DNA of 64,000 bases from NCBI RefSeq assembly GCF_009834535.1, contig NC_045696.1:24616001-24680000 (forward strand), given 5' to 3'. Shown piece by piece: positions 25,206 through 38,384 of the stretch. The stretch is from Camelus ferus (taxonomy: Eukaryota). The notes beneath the pieces are model-generated. The model was given only the letters and a program-made list of their open reading frames with translations, made no database searches and was not told the origin of the DNA. The position numbers and the translations under genes were made by a program. Position 1 is the first letter of the stretch. Each line of letters starts with the position of its first letter.

Positions 25206-26502
25206 AATATTTTTTTCAAGAAAGATGATTTACTTTGTTTACTCCTGGCAGTTTAGGAAGAGGTTATATTGTATGCGGCTCTGAGTCCTCACTCTTGGTA
25301 CCTGATAGGGATAATCATTTTTGAAGAATAAATGAATAAACATATAAATGAATGCTTACATTAAATAAATAAAAGATCTGGGGTGATTACTGCATCTTGG
25401 GCCTTGGTATTTGCAGTAGAGAGTTACAGCTGATTGCGCTAAAGCCAACAGAGAAGCTCTCAGGAAGACAGCCTAAATGTAAAATTTACTTACTTGCAAA
25501 GCTTATGGGCATTTACACAAGTGATCTACCATGGGAAATCAAAGCACGGAGACAGGTTACGGGGAAAATAAAAGCTTTTCATCACTTCTCCTTTCCTTCT
25601 CCATCATGCAGACTTCTCACACACACAGAGGATCAGTGTGTCCAAATGATGTATATTATAAATGAGGAAGCCATGACAGAAGAATATAAAACATGACATT
25701 AGAATGTTCAGAGATTTCTTTTGACCTCTGTGGTCCCTGGTGAGCATGAGTGCAAAGCACTGTCTCCTCACAGGAAAGAAGTGAAATCCTGATGCACAAG
25801 CTAAAGGGACTGTTTTCCTCTCTGAGTATTTGGGCACTGGGCCAAGTGAATGGGCAGGAATCATTCCATTTGCAGAGTAAAATGGGGTGAAAAGCACTTC
25901 TGGCACACTTCGTCCATATAAATTATACTTGTTTGCAATTCATCAACTCCTCCTCTCCTTTATATCCGTATGTAATGTAAATGATCATCTTTCTCTGAAG
26001 CTCCATAATGATGCACAGCTCAAAAATGTGATAGAATCAGCTAAAAGAGAGCAGATGGAAGTTTTTCCCCCCAATATGCATATTCATAAAAAATAGAGAA
26101 CTCAACAAAAGGAGATACAGAAGTACTTGTACCCAGGGGCTGCATCAACTTATGTACAACAGTAAAGTTGGTTTTCTGCCACTATTTATTCTTGAAATCT
26201 TTACTCATTCATTCCAGCAGAAATCATTGAAAATGCTCTTAAAAAAAATGTTTCTCTGTATAACAACAAATATACTTCCCTTTGGATTTTTATTGCACCT
26301 TAGAATCCATGATTCAGGAAGAAATAGTTAAATACTTTACTAGAAAAGTAAAATTAGAAGGCAAACTATGTGAAAAAAAAGTGAAGACTTCAGTGTTCCT
26401 TTAGCAGTAAGGACTACAGGTATTTAAAAGCACACTGTTACACCAACTGATTAGTAATGTGAAGAATAAAGTTCAGAATAAAGAACTGTCTGGACGGCAT
26501 TC

Positions 26503-26505
<3 letters not shown>

Positions 26506-26534
<29 letters not shown>
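26506..26534. repeat. Poly(T) run (~29 nt)
   Basis: Directly visible. Confidence 0.9.
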
Positions 26535-26536
<2 letters not shown>

Positions 26537-26744
26537 TATCTGACTACTCAGAGGCTAAGGTGGTTCACACTTGTGTACTGGAGAAGCAGCACTGCTACGA
26601 GAAATTTTGTTAAGATAATGAATACAGTATCAGGTGATATCATACAAGAAACTAACTGCAAAAGAAACGGTTTTAAAAAAAGAATTGTAAGAAAAGCAAT
26701 CAAAGGGTGGTTATGAACTTTGCTTACATAATCAAAGTGGTATG

Positions 26745-27243
26745 CATACCAAAATTAGACATCTCTGACTCCCTGTGTTCACCCTCACTCTCCACGTGGG
26801 AAGCCCTGGTGTCCACACAGGGAGGCTAACCTGCATGGACCACATTCTTGATCTGTGTCCTCGGGTTCCTGTTAGGCTCAAAGAATGGAAAGCCCCATTA
26901 GGAGACTGAAGAGAGAGAGGGGAGTGAAGTCAGGGCATTTGCTCTCTCCATGAGATCACCTGTGCTGGCTGTCTCCCTTAATCAAAGGTCACTAGTCCCC
27001 CAGAGGTGACTTTTTGTAATGACTCTCTTTCCTTCAAATTCTGGTAATTGTCTCATCTTCTAAGGCCTATATTTAATAACAGCTCTTGCCTATTAGCTCT
27101 CACTACCTGCCCAGCCCTTAATGGTGCCCCCACTCTCCACCCTGCCCACGGATTTGTAATTAGCCCCTTTATAAATAAGCCTTCCTTGAATTACCTTCAG
27201 TCTATTGTGCCATATGTTTCCTGTTGGGAGCTGGACTAGTGCA
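26745..27243 (+). mobile_element. ERVL solo LTR, LTR33-like
   Basis: ccctgcccacggatttgtaattagcccctttataaa..gtgccatatgtttcctgttgggagctggactagtgca matches the recalled LTR33 3' end. Confidence 0.7.
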
Positions 27244-29094
27244 CTGATCCACCACCATCGCTCATGACTTCCAGTCGCTTAGGTCATGTTCTTGAGTCCA
27301 GTGAGCACTAGTGCTTTGTGACTCCAGTTTAACCATATTTACGTGGTCTCGGGTCATTTCTCTTTCACTACCAAGCTCCATTTCTGCTGACAATCAAATG
27401 GCTTCAGGGTAGAGCATTTCCACTAACACTACCAAAACTCATACCATTTACCCTTTCAATTCCTTATCCATCTGCTTCATGGGGCCAATCTACATGTTTC
27501 TCCTTTTCTCAAGCAACTAAGAATCCTTGGAATTGAGGTGACTGGTAGCATAAAAATGAAGGTTTTCATGGTGCAGTTCAGGCCAACATAACTGCAAGGA
27601 ACTCATGTTCTACCTTTTTCTAACAACTGAGCCCACAGTCCATTTTGCTATGAAACATAAGATTATTTCTATTAGGACAATATACCATCTACTACCATTA
27701 ATATCTATCCACCAACTATGTAATAAAATAGAATGAAGCAAGTGCATAGTTTAGCTGGTTGCTCCATAATCACAAGGATTTGACATTAATGACAGTTTTG
27801 GGGTTTTTTGGGTTTTTTTTTTTTTTAGTAAATGTGATAGCACACAGCTACTGGAATTTCACTAGCAAAGTTTCATTTCTAAAATTCTTTAATTTTGAGT
27901 TATATTTCGTCTATAGTATCATTCACTAACATGGGTCTCTCATACACAAAGCCTTAGGCCTCAATCTCTGAAGAGAGTTACTGTAAAATACGGATACCCA
28001 GATAATTTGCATGATTAATGAAAATATGTTTTAGAATATTAAACATTTAAGATGTTAGCATTTAGCAGGCTTTCTGACAGAAGTTAAAAGACTATTAGAA
28101 TGACTGATGAATTGCTACAGTACATTAGCCCTCAGAGTAGGGGATGTGCTAGAGGACATTTACGCAACTTCTTAGCATTCTTGGTTTTTTTCCTTTTCCA
28201 CTCACCCCTCCTCCAACTAAGCTGTCCTTTTGTGGCCTTGATTCCTTGGTTCTGTTCTAAATGACCAAGCGTAGAATTCTAAAAGTTTTGAGGACTTGAA
28301 AATCACATGGAAAGCAACTGACAGGGAGAAAGAAAGCAACTGGATTAGCTAGGGATTTACACACAGTTTTCTGGCACATAGTAGGAGATGGATAAAAATG
28401 TGTTTAAGGAACAAAACATCTTTTTTCATGGTTCAGAGGATCTTACCTCAACATAGTGGAAAAAATGAAACAGAAAGTTCCTCCTTAGTTAGTGTCAAGG
28501 TCACTGCCAGGCTAGCTGCTTGTAACTGGGGAATGTAAGTAGACACACTTACTCTTTCCATTTGTTAGGAACTGTGTTTCAAAATGAAACTACATGCTGG
28601 CGTCTTTCTAGAGCCTTTTATCTCTGATCGCTGCAGAGCTTATCAGTACCTATGTGGTCATTTATTTCCCTCCTCTTGTTATACTTAGAGATGAAATATA
28701 CCAGAAGGGACTGTCAGGAAGTGTTTATATCCCTTCTGGGTAAAAAGTAAAATACCATTGGAAAGGTAGGACCACAAGAAATACCAAAATAAATTCTAAA
28801 GGTAGGAGCAATAAGCTGCTTAATGGCCTTGCTTTGGGGGAGACAATTAACATTACTTTAATTTATACGAGGTATTATCATGAAGTTTATGAGCTCCCTC
28901 TCTGAGCTTTACTTGCCAAAGCCTGCTTCTTTAGGCAGCCTTACCTTTAAAGTATTATTTAGTTTATAGTTCTCCAACTCACTTATTACACATCACCCTT
29001 ATTCCTGTGTCAGTGAGCACTGAGAAAAGTACATTGTTATACATCATCTAGAATCCCACTACATAGCCATTAATGCAAAAGTGAACAGGTTAAA

Positions 29095-29586
29095 TGTAGC
29101 AGCCTGAATAATCACCCCCAAAGACAGAAGATTCTAATTCACGGAACCTCATAAATATTACCTTATTTGGGAAAAGGGTCTTTGCAAATGGGATTAAGAA
29201 TCTTGAGATAGGGAGACTATCCTGAATTATCTGGGAGGCCCTAAATGTAACCACAAGTGTCCTTATATGAAAGAGGAAGGAGATTTGACACACAAAGAAG
29301 GGAAGGCAATGTGAAGACTGAGCGCAGATTTGAAGATGCTGACTTTGATGATTAGAGAGATGTGTCCATAAACCAAGGAATGCTAGCAGCTACTAGAAGC
29401 TGGAAGAGGCAAGGAATGGATTTTCTTCTGGAGCCTCCAAAGGAAGTGTGATCTTGCAGACATGCTTTGGATTTTGGTCCAGTGATACTAGTCCTAGACT
29501 TCTGACTTCCAGAACTAGGAGAGAATAAATTTCTGTTGTTTTTTAAGCTACTGAGTTTGTGATAGTTAGCACAGGAAACTAACACA
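29095..29586 (+). mobile_element. MaLR solo LTR, MLT1C/D-like
   Basis: tgtagcagcctgaataatcacccccaaaga..gaagctggaagaggcaaggaatggattt..aataaatttctgttgtttttaagc..ggaaactaacaca. Confidence 0.85.
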
Positions 29587-29875
29587 GTATATAAACCATT
29601 TTCAGGCTTAAACAAAAGGATAGTGAACTCTATTCATGTTCATTACTAGGAGACATGTGAAAAATTATATTATTAGCAGTAAGTTTAATACAAAACTGTA
29701 TCAACATATATATCCTTTGAAAATTATGTATATTCTTCTTTACTTACATTAAGCAAGCCATTTTTTTAAAACAGGACAAAAACCTCTTTCAATAAAATAC
29801 TGAATTTCTGAAAATGACAAGTATTTTTACCCTTCAGATGTTTTAAAATTTCACTTGATGAGTATGCTTTCTTTC

Positions 29876-30035
29876 TTTCTTTTTTTTTTTCTTTTTTTTT
29901 TTTTTTAGTTTTCTTTGTGGGGGAGGCAATTAGGTTTATTTTATTTATTTCTTTTTAATGGAGGTAATGGGGATTGAACCCAAAAGTTCATGCATGCTAA
30001 GCAAGCACTCTACCTCTTGAGCTATACCCTCCCCC
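29876..30035 (-). mobile_element. Full-length Vic-1-type camelid tRNA(Ala)-derived SINE with poly(A) tail
   Basis: Reverse complement gggggagggtatagctcaagaggtagagtgcttgcttagcatgcatg..gggttcaatcccc..aataaacctaattgcctccccc then A-tail. TSD core atgctttctttc at 29864-29875 and 30041-30052. Confidence 0.85.
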
Positions 30036-30217
30036 TAAACATGCTTTCTTTCATCCCTACCTGGAACATGGCTGTTACGGGCTAAAGAGCATAACGCAAG
30101 TTTAAAATGCCCTTGCAAAATAAAAAAGTCCTGATTTTGGCTTTATTAAGACCAGAAGCTTCCTTTAAGACTTGGACATATTTATTTTGCTTAAAGAAAA
30201 ACGATATTTTTATCATG

Positions 30218-30440
30218 ACTTATTTATTTCTTCATTTCTTCATTAAATATTTATTGAACATGTTCAGGGTGCCTGGAAACTCTACTCAGCTCTGGGAATA
30301 GCAAGACGAATAGCAATAGCACCTGTTCTCAAGAAGTTAAGAGTTCAGTGTGCTCCTCTGGCAAATGTGTAAATAAATAAATCCCTACGAAATGTGATAT
30401 GCTAGAGTAGCAATATAGGAAAGTGGTATGGAAGCAGAAC
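30218..30440 (-). mobile_element. L2 3' end
   Basis: ttcattaaatatttattgaacatg..gtgcctggaaactctactcagctctgggaata..cctgttctcaagaagtt. Confidence 0.65.
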
Positions 30441-30935
30441 TTAAAAATAAGTCATTCATTTCAGAACCAAATGATTCTATGAGCTTGAGAAGAGTTAAAC
30501 TGTGTCCAGGTATTTGCAGTAGAAAATAAATGTAACACATTATATTGGAAGGGTTTCTTATACTTTCTTTTGTTGCCCAAACATCTGGGACATTCATAGT
30601 CAAATCGTATTCAATGTTACAGTAGACAAGATTCAACACCTTCAGATTCTAGATAACAGAATTAGCAAATTATAGTAGTTTTCTCATGGTTTCAAAAACA
30701 ACTACTTGTACAATAATGGTTGCTTAATTAAAACTTACCCAACTGAAACGCCCATTTATGTGAAACAAATGTTTGTGCTATAGACATCAACCAGCTCTTC
30801 ACATGAGTAGCTAACAATAAACAATGGAATGATGCTCGACAAATATCAGTTAAAACAAATTGTTCCCAATAAACTTTGTCCTAAAAAAAATACACTCCTG
30901 TATGGGTACGTACTCATGTGTGCAGATGTGCATGC

Positions 30936-30941
30936 ACGCAC

Positions 30942-30974
<33 letters not shown>
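30936..30974. repeat. (CA)n microsatellite, interrupted
   Basis: Directly visible. Confidence 0.9.
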
Positions 30975-31096
30975 GCTTTGCTTTTGTAACTTGTCTTCTT
31001 TCAAAGGTCAATTAGCATTAACTGCATCTTAAAGACTGTATCTTCATTTTATCATTGAGTCCAGTTTTAGTCTCTAATAAGACATGAATTTCAGGT

Positions 31097-31294
31097 CGGA
31101 CCTGCTACATAATGAGAAACATCCAGGATGCTTAGCATAATGACCCAGTGCAAGATGAAAATGTGGAGCCCCTGGTTCAGAATTATGATGAATTTTAAGA
31201 CAGTAATAGCAAAGCATTAAGCCAAATGTGGGGCCTTTGTGAGTGCAGAGCCCTGTGAAACAACACAGGTTACATACCCTAAAAGGCAGCCCTG
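31097..31294 (-). mobile_element. hAT-Tip100 MITE, MER45A-like
   Basis: Reverse complement cagggctgccttttagggtatgtaacctgtg..ggcttaatgctttgct..cattttcatcttgcactggg matches recalled MER45A. Confidence 0.75.
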
Positions 31295-31536
31295 GTTTCA
31301 GGTACTCCTTATCAATAGTCCCCAACTGCTTCTCCCACAGACCATACTATAGATTATGAAAATGAAAATAACCTGGTTCAAAGTCATATCTCGATCACAT
31401 ATTTTTTTTGTACAGGCCTATATTAACTATGAAGGCAATGTTGGGCACCCATTAAAATTCTATTATGATCAAAGTTTTTCATGCTTATTTGATTTTGCTT
31501 TTTTTCTGCTCTATCCAGCCTTACTCACATAACCTA

Positions 31537-31915
31537 TGAGGCAGAGAAAATGACATGTGTCCACCAAACTGTGCCTATTAGCCTCCTAGGCACATTATCA
31601 GCTCTCTTGCATTCAGTTCAGTCCATGTGACCAGTTCTGGCCAAAGTTAGGGCCTGGCCCATAAGATAATTCTTTGAGGTTCATGTCCTCCCCTCACTAG
31701 GTTTTCCTTACTCTTCCTGTGCTTTCTCGCTCCTTTATCCATATACCTGGAAGCAATGGACTCTGATGTGTGGAACACTCAATTATGGAGACTACAGCAA
31801 AAGTCTGAATCCTCGAGTCATATTTGTAGAGAGTCATTCAGGACTGCTGCTTGACCCACATTAGAGTGCCACATAAAATTTAATTTTATTATCTTAAGCC
31901 ACTTATATTACCCTA
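31537..31915 (+). mobile_element. Old MaLR LTR, MLT1J-like
   Basis: ccatgtgaccagttctggccaa..ggcctggcccataa..gtctgaatcctcgagtca..tcttaagccact. Confidence 0.55.
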
Positions 31916-34900
31916 AAACTCTGTTTAAGAGTATAACTATCTGAGGCAGGGAACATAGGTTCCAGAGCAGTATCGAGCTCCTTGAATGATTCAGATACAG
32001 CTTTTGAAAGCCTTGCTAAAGTCATCTTTTCAGTGGAGTATAAATCAGTATGCTATTTGTATTATCTTGTGAGGTTGTTTAGATTCTTATAATAGTATAC
32101 ATTTATAACTTTCAAATCACTCTTTCCTATGTATTTTTAGAGGATTTTGTAACATTTTAAAGACTTCAAACTCCATAGCAATGAATTATCAAGAATAGAA
32201 TGACCAATAGCAACAATGACACTTTGCCAAGCGTCTCCTCAAATCTCACAAATCGTCACCTGTCTGCTTGTAGGACTTACAGACCTCAAAAATTCAAATT
32301 GCCCAGGGAGACATTTGATTGAAACCATGAAATCAGGTTGAGTCTAACAATCTGGGAAACTCAGAGCCTGATACTATCGTTGAGACAAGGGGAGATGGCC
32401 AGAGTGCTTAGAATAATGGCAAGTATTCTTTTCCCTTTGGCTGCAGAATGTCAGCATTTATGGGAAAAAGTCGATCAAGTGCTTACTGGATCTGCTTAAT
32501 CAAGCATAATTGTCACCATGTAACTGGCAGTTATTGGAAGCTCCTGTGTGAGACAGTGCCAGAACCAGTATGCAAAAATCTACCTATATTTTAGATAGTA
32601 AAAGAAAAATAACTTTTCCTCAGTACAGGAAATCAACATGATGCATTTTAAGAACATGGATTTTTGAAATGTCAGAGATTTGGGATCAGACTTAGTTTCA
32701 GCACTTACTTGCTTCAGTTCTTAAGCATCCAAGCTCTAGTTCATTCTAATGCAAAAAGAGATGTTAACATCTTCAGTGCAGAGTTGTAGCTTGAACCAGC
32801 TTAAACAAGTAAGGCACCTAGCAAGATTTCTGCAACATTTTAACTCCATCAGGTTCATTATTGGTATCAGTGATGTTACTATTAATAATAATAATATTAC
32901 TTTAAGAATTAAGAATGAAGAAGCACTCCCATCGGGCACTCTCAAATTTATACCGTAGAGAATCCCTTTAAACATCCTCCCTGCTCTCTCTAAAACTTAG
33001 AAATTATTTTTCCTGGACCTTTTCAAGACACAGTGTCAAGCATTCATAATTAGCCATTTCCCCACACAGCCAGACATATATTCCAAATAAAGCTTCAATT
33101 GTCAAACATTCAAAAATTATAAGAAATAATAATTCATTAAATATTCATGAAATATTGAACAATCATATTCATACTAAGGGAGTTTAATGAGAAAAATTAT
33201 TTCCTTATCTTGAATCTTAAAAAGGACTCTGGGGACCCTGATTTATACAGATTTTCATAGAGTGTCTCTTTCATACTGCCTGAATGAATGTTCTGTTTAC
33301 TATGCTTTGAGAGGTCTAGGATAGGTTTCCCCTGAATAAAGCCTCAAATTCTTCAAAACCTAGGCAGATTACATAAATTTAAAGATTATAAGTGCATTTC
33401 TGAGATATGAAACAGACAACACATAAATTTCTCTTAATACAAATCTATCTTATTTCAATAATTAGAAAGCTGCCCATATTTTAATGTGTACTACAATGTT
33501 GATAAAGAAAAATTTAGTTATCTAATAAATTTGTCATTTTGTATAATTAAAGGCATTTTAAATCTTGAAATATCCTACACTTGCATAAGCTCCGAAACTA
33601 ATCTCTGTGATAGTATCTGAAAGACCTAAATACATCTTTTGATATAAAGGAAATAGAATAACAAAAATTTAGAGTAGTTAAATAAAAGAAAAATGCTATT
33701 TCTGCACTAAGCTTTTTTCATGAATGAGGAAGTTCAGTAAGCAGACTTAAGTTTGTTGTCTTTATTGTGAGCTTGCAATGGGAAATGTGCCTATTGCCCT
33801 ACCTATAGGATTCCAGCAAATATTAACTGAGCACCTTCTAGATAAGTAAACTTTATTAGACTCTTGGAATACAGAACCATAAGTTACATGGCCTTTGCTC
33901 TCAATAAATCTGCAATCCAGCTGGGGAGGCAGGACAAATACCAAAGACTGTAATAGCAACAGAGTCCTATTACAAAAGATGCATCATAATGCCAAACCAA
34001 CAGGACAGAATAACAGGCATAGAGTTCAGAGAAGGAAGACATCCCTAAAGGCTGTAAGGTTGGGATACTTACCTTCTAAACTGAGATATTCTGGTTCTCA
34101 ATTTACAGTTTTAAGAAGGAAGGAGGAAACTACACAGAAATATACTAAGTGTGTGGTCCCCGCCTCTGAGGCCTTAAAACTATTAACTGAGAACCAGAAT
34201 ATCTCAGTTTGTAATAAATACAATTTTATACTAGGTAGTTATTTGTGGAGTAGCAACTACTTAGCTGTATACATGAAGATTTGTGGGAGGTACTGTCAAT
34301 TAAAAATCAAATGACCACCAATTAGACCAGAGTGGATTTCAGTTTACAACAGAAGACCAAATGATTCATTCCTACATTCCCTTTTCATTGAGTTTTGTAG
34401 AAAACAGTTTACATTCCAGTGATTGAAAGTAAATCTTCAGCCTGTACATTTTTTTCTGTAAGCTTTAAAAAAATTATGCTGTGTAACTTATTCAGTGATT
34501 AGTTGTGGGGCTCCGTTAGATGGTAGGTGCTAGGGACATGAAAGGCCCAAAATATGTTCCCAGACCTTCAGGGACTCATCATCTAGCTGAGAAGTCAGGA
34601 CTTATATGTGATACAACAATACAAAGGCAAAAGTGAGCCAAATGAGTCTATTGGACATAGTTGTCTTGATGGTTATAATATTCTACAGACCAAAAAGGGC
34701 CAATCTCATGCTAACCCTGACTCTATGAATATAGGAATGATGCTGATAAATCCCTCTCTGATTTCAAATTTCCCAAATTTCAATTATCTGTAATAACACA
34801 AGCCAGGGATAAATTTCTGGAAGAAAGAAATTCCTAAACAGTCCCTTGAGTATCATAAATAATGATTTTTAAAAAATTATATATGAAGTACTTTAATGGT

Positions 34901-37859
34901 CAAGAACAGGGACTCCTGTTTTCATCAAATCATAGATGCCAAAGAGGGAGGGGACTTAGATATGGCCTATTCCAATGCCATCATATTATAGAAGAGATTT
35001 GAGATCTAGAGGTGTGAAGGGATCTTTCCATGGTCACACCTATTCACAAAAAAGAAGAGTTCAGATTTGTCCTGTGATTTTCTAGAATTAAGCCAAGGCC
35101 TCTACCCTTCAGATCATGCTACTTCAGCATAGATGAAACATAGGACATTGGGCAAAGCTGGATATTTAATATAATACTGCCGATCGAAGTTATGGCTCAT
35201 CAAGAAAAAGCAACTTCCCTTATACTTACAAATCTTCTGAAATTTTGTTTCCTAAATAACATATGGTCCCTAAGTAGGAAAAAAAAAATAGAATCACTAG
35301 TCTAGATATCATTGATCTTAAGTAACAGCAAAAAATTTTTTAAATAGCAATATAATGTTTGCCTTTTTGAATCTTTATGAGTGCTATCCCAGAATAAGAG
35401 GATTTACGAGTCAGAGGAGGCTTTACAAATTTTCTCATGACTTCATGAAAAATATGAGATCTACACTAGCCAATTTAGCGAAAAATCACACCTCCTCTAA
35501 GGTGTTTTGAACATCATCAGAGCCTGTGAAACAACATTTTGATCAGCAAAGTGAAAATGAATCACAACTATTGGCAAAGAGTGCTACACTTTTACTCAAA
35601 ACAAGAACAATTGGTTGAAAAGAGGTGAAACATCAAGAAGAAAGATTCAGTCTACATGTTGCATTTTGATTAGGCTCCTGGATCCCTGCATTTAAGACTC
35701 GTACTTTCCCCAGGACTCATCATGGCCCAATGATAATTACCAAGGTATGGTAATCGAGGGCCTTAAATCAAACATGCACAGTAGATCTGCTGTCACTGCA
35801 AGAATCATTTCATTGCAAGCTGGCATGAAAGGATGTGCTTGCCTTTCAACTGGCAGACCAGGCCTCTCGGCTGCCACAGCAACCAGCTCTGCCTTAAATC
35901 TTCCTGAGCTTCGCCCTGTTAGAGTAATTTGGCTAATTGAAAACGTCTGTCTTTGGAGAAATCTTTCGTAATATTAGTGCCATTTGCAGGTTGCTAAGGA
36001 AGATTTCTAGAGCTGCAGCATTGCCCGGCTGCCTACAAAGCACCCAGCGATTAAGGTCCCATCCAGAGAGTCCACTTAGACAAGAGGCCATCCAACGACC
36101 TGCCAGTCACCCTCTCTTACCAAAAGACAAATGTGAGCAAAGTGTCTTGAGAGGATACACAGCCTCCTAGTAAAGCAGACAATGCTGATGAGGGACTCCC
36201 AGGCCACTCTGAACAGTTCCAGTTATCTCAAGCAGTGGAACTGGAATATCCCCAAAGGAAAATTTGCCAAGCATTTTTAATTTTAAATATAAAGTTATGT
36301 TACAGGCCCCTTAGGAGAAATCAGCAGGGGAACAACAACAACATAAAAAATCAAAGGAGAAATTCTTTCACAATTCAGGCAGAAACCACAGTTGAGATAC
36401 CACATGTTAAAAGTTGTATGGAAAATGATTTTTAATAAAATTACAATAAATACAGTATCATTTTTCAGTATTTTTATTTCCTAATTGTTTCATCTCCTTT
36501 AAATCACAGAGTCAATTTTCCTTAACCTTTAAAGCATTAATCTGCTAACAGAAAATGTGCAATTTTCAATTCTTGCCCTGAAATGAGAGGTTAAATTTCA
36601 CATTGACTATGCCTACTACCCAAATAAATTATACCAAAATATATCAGGGAATTTGACAAAACAAGCTGAGAGCACTGGTGGGAAAAAGAAATCAGTCTCT
36701 GAGGAGGTAAACCATTTTTGTTTTGTTCTTGCTCTAGCCCATCTCAGCCTTAATTGGCGTCCAGTTCCCTCTCTTCCTATGTCTCTGAATCCCTTATCTA
36801 ATCCTGGTCTTATTATGCTCTGCTGGTCTCACCAATCCTCCTGCATCCAATGACTCACTCTTGTTCCCCCTCTTTACTTCTTCCCTGAACACTATCTGGT
36901 TGGTTTCAAGTCTCCCCTTCTCCATGTGGCTTATTGCTTCAAAGTCTCCCCAACCACCAGAAACTAGCAGTTACAAACACAAATATTTCAGGCAGAACAA
37001 TCAATCTAGGAGCCCCCAAAACACAGACCTAATCTTTGAGATCTGATATCATGACAGATGTGCCTCTCCTCAAAGCTCATTTTCAAGGGAGCTAAAATCT
37101 GCCTTGGTAAGTGCCCTCAATGATACGCCCTGAGATGAATTCATCTGTTTAAAAGTATTCCCCAGCTCAGCAGAGCTAGCTTCCAAAGTTTATTTGTAAT
37201 TCTATCCTTTAAAATTCTGAAGACTTTCTAATATAAACTATCTTACACAGTTTGGTTTAAGTTTCAGATCAATTCCAAATGTCCATCTCGCCCACAAAGT
37301 ATATGAAGCTATTCTTCATATACTAAACTAAAAGATATTACAGGGCTATTTGCTTAGAGGTAGAAGGGAGCCTGAAGATTATATAATCCAACTCTTTCAC
37401 TTTATTGATGAGAAAACTGAAGCTAACGTTTCCCTTCTCATATAGTATATAAGACACAGAACTAGAACTCTTTATTGTTGCCTGGCTTTATCCCAATTAA
37501 TCTACAATCTTGAAAGACTGGTATTACTACCTATATAAGGAAAGTGAAGCTGAGAGAGCCAAGTAATTTGGCCAAGTCACATAGCTAGTACTAGTAAGGA
37601 GAAGCTGGGCTTTAATCTCAGTTTTCTCAGACTTTATGCATATTCAGCCTGCTGTCCCTCACAGATCCACAGCCATACAGTCTCACTGAGAATCTGTTTA
37701 GATGCATCATTTATCTATCCAGGATCACATTTCTTTCCCATATCCCATGGGAGAAAGGTCATCCTTCTCCCCACCAAACCCAAGCCACTAATGATGGTCC
37801 CACAATCTAGGGTAGAGAACAAAACAAATTTGTGAATAATGAATAAAGTAGTTAAATCT

Positions 37860-38283
37860 TGGACGAAAGCAATTTCCTTGACTCCACATTCTATTCCAGC
37901 TACTACCTATTTTATCTCTCTTTCCCTTCACAGCCCAGTTTCCTTGGAACTGTTTAAACTTACTTTCTCTTTTCTATCTCCCACTTACGGCACAACTTGC
38001 TACAGTTAGGATTTTGCCCCACTACTCCACTGCAATTGCTCTAACAAAGATCGCTGTGACCTCTTGTAGATCATTTAAATCAGTATTTTTCAATCTCTTT
38101 TCTAAACTAGGTAGGCACTATTTGATAGCATTGACTACTCTCATCCTGAAACGTTCTTCTTTTGATTTATATAAGTCCCATCCATCTCTGAACCATTCCT
38201 TATCTGTCTCATTCATAAGCTCCTCATTCACTTCCAGATCTTAAATGTTTCCTATAACCATGCCCTTGATCTTCTTTTATCTA
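37860..38283 (+). mobile_element. L2 fragment (upstream part of the L2 split by the L1 block)
   Basis: ccccactactccactgcaattgctctaacaaagatc..gcactatttgatagcattgactactctc..cttcttttatcta. Confidence 0.65.
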
Positions 38284-38384
38284 AAAAACTAGTGGTTTCA
38301 ACTTTGCCTGAACATTGGAAACCATGTATAAGGAGATTTAAAAATTCTAATAGTAAACATCTCTGAATGGCAGAGCACAGACCT

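Noticed and set aside
29965..30035. tRNA-Ala-like sequence as a functional tRNA gene
   Set aside because: Has a SINE body, A-tail, TSD and stem mismatches; it is a SINE head. The same applies to the tRNA-Ile-like head at 17424.
33895..34314. 139-aa ORF
   Set aside because: Begins in an antisense L2 fragment; no recognisable protein features or exon boundaries.
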